Shown here piece after piece: positions 59,346 to 64,000 of a stretch of DNA of 64,000 nucleotides (its first letter is position 1; every line of letters begins with the position of its first letter). The stretch comes from Balanoglossus misakiensis (lineage: Eukaryota > Animalia > Hemichordata), in the NCBI GenBank assembly GCA_040954595.2, contig CM082586.2, forward strand, positions 8,587,337-8,651,336, written 5' to 3'. The notes below the pieces were generated by a model, which saw only the letters and a list, made by a program, of their open reading frames with translations, had not been told where the DNA came from and searched no databases. Position numbers and translations under genes: made by a program.

Positions 59346-60450
59346 TGACCAATAACAAGTTTCATTACATCAAATGAATGCATCATTTCAACATATCGGC
59401 CATGAATTACATCATTCGCCAAGTATACATTTTCTTTATTTCATTCACCACGTCAGCTATACTTGCAATTGGCTATGATTGTTGATATTCTCTGCTGTTT
59501 TATGAACTTAATTAGTTGCAAAGCGTTTGCTTCTTTTGGATCATTTTACAAAAATGGTGGATTCCGGGAAACACTGCCGTAAGCTCTACAGAAAACAGAC
59601 TCCTAGGTTTTAAAAATGTTTCATCATATATCCTATGGTTCGGGCAATCCTATTCCCAAGAATTTCTCATAGAGCACTGGAAATTTACATAAACATGTAA
59701 GTAATGTTTGCCCCCCAACTTTATTCGTTCTGAGGAGATCACTGAGCTGAGGGGCTCCCTTTTTTCGAAATGTAGTCGTTCAACTTCTTTGGCCTGTTTC
59801 CTATGGGAGGGCAACGACTTTTTGACGTGCGCACGAAAAAAAGGAAATGGCCGAGCTCACAAACTGAAAAGAGTGACCATCTCCTAAATTACAGAAAACC
59901 ACGGGAAATCAGGAACACATTGTACAAGTTGGAACCCTGACGCTGTGCCAAAGTTAGAACATGCTTGTTTCAGTTTTCGACACCTTTTTAAAATTCAGTG
60001 TCAGACTTGTATTCATGGCGGTTCACGCCCAATTCAAAGGCCTCTCAGTTATTGAGATAATAAACGCCCATAGTCGCTATTATCTGCGGCAATCAAAAGT
60101 GTCAGTTGGTTCTTTGAATGTCTAATTTTCATGTTAAACAGCCCAACGTTATCCATTCTAAGATGGACATAGTCTGTTAAATGACAATGAATGTCCACAA
60201 CACTACAGTTTTCGGTGTCATGTCTTGAGTTTAACGATATCCGTCAAACTGGGAAAAAAGGTGAGTTTTTTTTCATTTTCCTCCGTCTTTTTTACACTTG
60301 CGATTTGATTAGAGGTTCGCTTTGCTACGATACCTGAACCTTAACCTTTTAAAACGAAATGTTAAAAGGAGGTTGCCTAAGATACATATGCACAGATTGG
60401 TCTAACTTAGTCTGCAAACGATACATAATATGTGTATAGTGCTGTACTTA

Positions 60451-60593
60451 AGCAATAAAACACCCCCAGCCATGGTATACCACGAGATTTTGACCAGTTC
60501 ACGACATATACGCACGAGCGATAGCGAGTGCGTATATGGAGTCGAACTGGTCAAAATCGAGTGGTATACCATGGCTGGGGGTGTTTTATTGCT
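60451..60593. mobile_element. Short palindromic (foldback) element
   Basis: ~65-bp inverted arms AGCAATAAAACACCCCCAGCCATGGTATACCAC... around a GAGCGATAGCGA centre. Confidence 0.8.
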
Positions 60594-63500
60594 ATTATAT
60601 TATGCCAGTATATTGAAACTTTGCATAAAACATTTTAAAAAGGCATTTTCTTTGACTATGATATATGACTGTGGTATATGGCTAATATATCACGGTCACG
60701 TGACGTGTCTTGACCAATCAAATGGCGTGATTTACACCATCAATATACTGGTATAATATAATAGAATATATACATATGAGTTCTTGACTTGCAAGAATCG
60801 CTATCATGATATAAGAAACTTTGAGAACAACAGTATTACCAGTATTTAAAATCAAATTCCGGTGAAGCATCGGCGCAAAAGTAGAACAGATACGCAGAAA
60901 AAAAACAACAAACAAACAGATAGACAGACATTGGATAATATAGCCTGTTAAAGTACAAAAACCATTCAGCTTAAATTAAAAGTCAACGTTTGACTTAACG
61001 GAGTCGGGTATCGGAAGGCAAATACCACCTAAGATGTCTACTGTAGACGCTAAGTCAATTTATCGGCTCTTCGGATTTCGAGACCTGTTAATTCAAAGTT
61101 ATAAGCGTATAATTCACTAATGACTGGTGTGGGTATATATTGATTGCTGTGAATGGAATGAATCTCTTTTCAAACCAACCGTAAAACCAATGGTATACTG
61201 AAACCGGCATTAAAACTTCATCAAATATTTAAGACGAAATTGACGCAATGATGGCAGCTGAAAGGAGAATTGAAATCGTTTTATCGCCTCACTTGGGGAT
61301 TTGCGTGTTCATCATTCATGCAGTGGGAGTTCTCCACTCAGCATGCAGGGCAAACATTTTCGGTCTCTGAATAACTGTGTGTGTTAATAGTGTTTACGGG
61401 TAATGGTACAAGAAGCCAGCATTTTAAGATAGTCCAAAAGCTTCATCAACTTGACTTTATTTCCGATTCGTTGCTTTTGTCGAAGTGTAAGCTATTAATC
61501 ACCATGACAACGTGCATATAAACATAACTTGCAGCACGGCCGATATCAGAATTCGTGAGCAACTCCGAAAAATCTTTAAGGTACTGTTTAAAAATCATAA
61601 CCATCCCTACCCAGGTCAACTATAATAATACTTACATGGCCAGCTGTCGCAAACTCAAACAAACAAGAGCACAGACAACCAAAACTCACAAAGCAATGAC
61701 AAATCCATAAAAGAAAGCTACGTAGACCACTTGAAAAAAGACAATTTACAATGTGGAGCATGTTGTATTAAGTAGTCATAGTAACGTCGATAACACAATT
61801 ATTCTTGTATTAGAACTAATGAGTTGCATTCTTTAGTAGAATTAATGAGTATCCTAATTTATCATATGAAAGTAAGAAAACGGACAAACTATTTGAACAA
61901 TCGTGTACTTTCCAAAAAAAAACTGATCCGGATGATTGAATTCATGTCAGAAAACTTGAAATGGAACGGGTATTCGACTCATGATGAGTTTCTGTCGGAC
62001 ATATTGAGACAGACGCTGTAATCACAAACATTTACATTTGAATTAGGCTTGGCACGATGAACGTAGTTGAACTTGAATGTGGTAATCAACCTGTCTGACA
62101 CCTTCACTTCTATGTGTCGACATTCTATGCAAATGAGGTCAACTGGAAACAACAGTGACGGGGATGAACTAGACAAAGGTCAACCCTGTATTCAAAGGTC
62201 ATTCAAATGTTTCTTTGCTATAGAAAGTTTAGTTCGCCTTGCTTAATGGCCACCATGAATGGCATGGTATTGTTAGAGCCAAGATTATGCTTTGAGAAGT
62301 ACAACCAACAGTACAATTTTCTAAATTTCAGCAGTTCCCATGAAGTATAACGGAACTCGAACTTATGCAGTGGGAAAATTTACATCGTGCACGTTGGGGA
62401 AAAGTTTGTGTGGTACCAGAAATCGTTTGTTAACTCAGACTCGCCTATTTTTGTCGACATCTAATGAGAAGAACAAATACAATGTCCGCGTATAAGTCGT
62501 TGAATCGTAACTCTTTCAATTTGACCCTAAAACTTCTTGATGGTAAAATAAAACTTGAGCAGTAGTTACACATAAGAGAAGTACGTAACTTCACTCAAAC
62601 TGTTTTACTGGGCCCATATTAAGTCACAATCTAACTCTCTCCTTTATGACTTCTTTCATCTGAGCGATGCAATATACACATTAACATTGAAATTCAACGG
62701 CAGCTGTGCTTTGCAACAACAACAAAAATAATGTCAATGACAAATTCAGCTAACGGGACCTAGGAAGCTGAAAGTTCTCCAAAAAGACATGTTGTCAGCT
62801 AACTGTAAAATGTTTTTCTATGCACTGCAAAAGGTTATCTGACATATCATACCCTAACCGTTCATTTTAGCTTAATTCCATAGTCCTGTGTATTTGAACA
62901 ATCTTTCTGTGGAATTTGCGTGTCACAAATATCAATATCCTAAGTATATTATCTAATCTAGGGTAGCCGTGAAAAACTCACGTTCCTTGCAGAGAGAGCT
63001 GTTATAACGAGGTGATTTGGGCGGATAAGTCGGGGGGGGGGGGGGTCATATTTCACAAATCTGACCCAAGGGGACATTTAATAACCTGAAATTTGACCTC
63101 AATAGTAATACATGTATTAATGTAATTCTTGAAAATCCTCAATGCTTGGGTGAACGTCCATTAATTGGACATTCAAGATTATAATTTAAAATTGCCCTAG
63201 CTTAATTCCTTAGACCGGTGGCAAGCCCCATACAGACCACCCCAATCGATACCACAGCATTGATGTTTTTATTGACAATAAAGATGAAATAACGTGGGGA
63301 TTTTTCTATACATTTGACTTCAAATTCGGCCCAAACTGGTGCACAACATGGGTTTATTTATGCAAATGAGTTTACCTTTTTAAAAATCTGTCGCAGATTT
63401 TCCCGGCTCTACGAAAATGAATCGCCTTAGTGTTTGCTTGCCTCTTAAACTACTAAATGGTATTTTAATTACGGTGTATACATTTCACAAGCTCAATTTC

Positions 63501-64000
63501 CTTAATTTTTCAATTAAAAGGAAAACCAAGTCATTGTCAACAAATATGACTGAAGATCTGTCACGTTGGGTGTTTATTTAACGGTACTGAGGTGTGAAGT
63601 TAAAATAGATTGGACAATCATTATCATTCGCGAGAAACACTATGCCTTTGGTGATCGTTTTGGCTGTTCTGTTCTCTGTCCAATCAATTCCTTCCGAACA
63701 GAACAGCCGAGAATCAGCAAACGAAAGATGGGCACCGAACTCTACATCTGATTTCAATCAGATTGGAGAAACACGCCATCGTTCATAGAAATTAGTAGAA
63801 AACCAACATCATTACAAAAGTCTTCTTCAAACACTGGTAAGTGGTGCTAGCAGCTGACTGGGAGTGGGTAAAGCCTTTCATGCCAGTACCCTTCACCCAT
63901 TAAGACTGCATCAGAGTTACAAAGTCAAGTGTTATTTGGCCAAAACACTAAAATGTTGTTGTAAGTCAACCCCAAGAATTCTTTCACTCATCATTCGGGT

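Overview
AT-rich, intron-containing animal genomic DNA. The gene and repeat content suggests a marine invertebrate, possibly a deuterostome such as a hemichordate; this is inference only. Three minus-strand multi-exon genes can be rebuilt by hand with consistent GT-AG phases. (1) An ARHGAP18/28/40 (conundrum)-type RhoGAP that runs off the left edge. (2) A ~1415-aa CILP-like protein with an N-terminal signal anchor, a Ser/Thr stalk, TSP1 and Ig domains, a furin site and a duplicated C-terminal module carrying a Trp/Tyr/Asp-rich insert. (3) A 416-aa SLC35F3/F4-like transporter. Between the last two lies ~16 kb (25.1-41.4 kb) with no conventional long ORF. It has promoter-like motifs, many plus-strand splice signals, a four-fold duplicated exon-intron module, 24-, 89- and 46-bp tandem arrays and a poly(A) signal, so it is a candidate repeat-rich spliced lncRNA. 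A small orphan spliced ORF converges on it. The rest of the window holds many non-autonomous DNA transposons (Helentron-type, PIF/Harbinger, hAT, MULE-like, TTAA/Kolobok-like and Tc1/mariner MITEs), including a nested insertion and a four-copy cluster upstream of the SLC35F gene. No prokaryotic features, CRISPR arrays, tRNA or rRNA genes were recognised. All calls come from manual reading, with no database searches.
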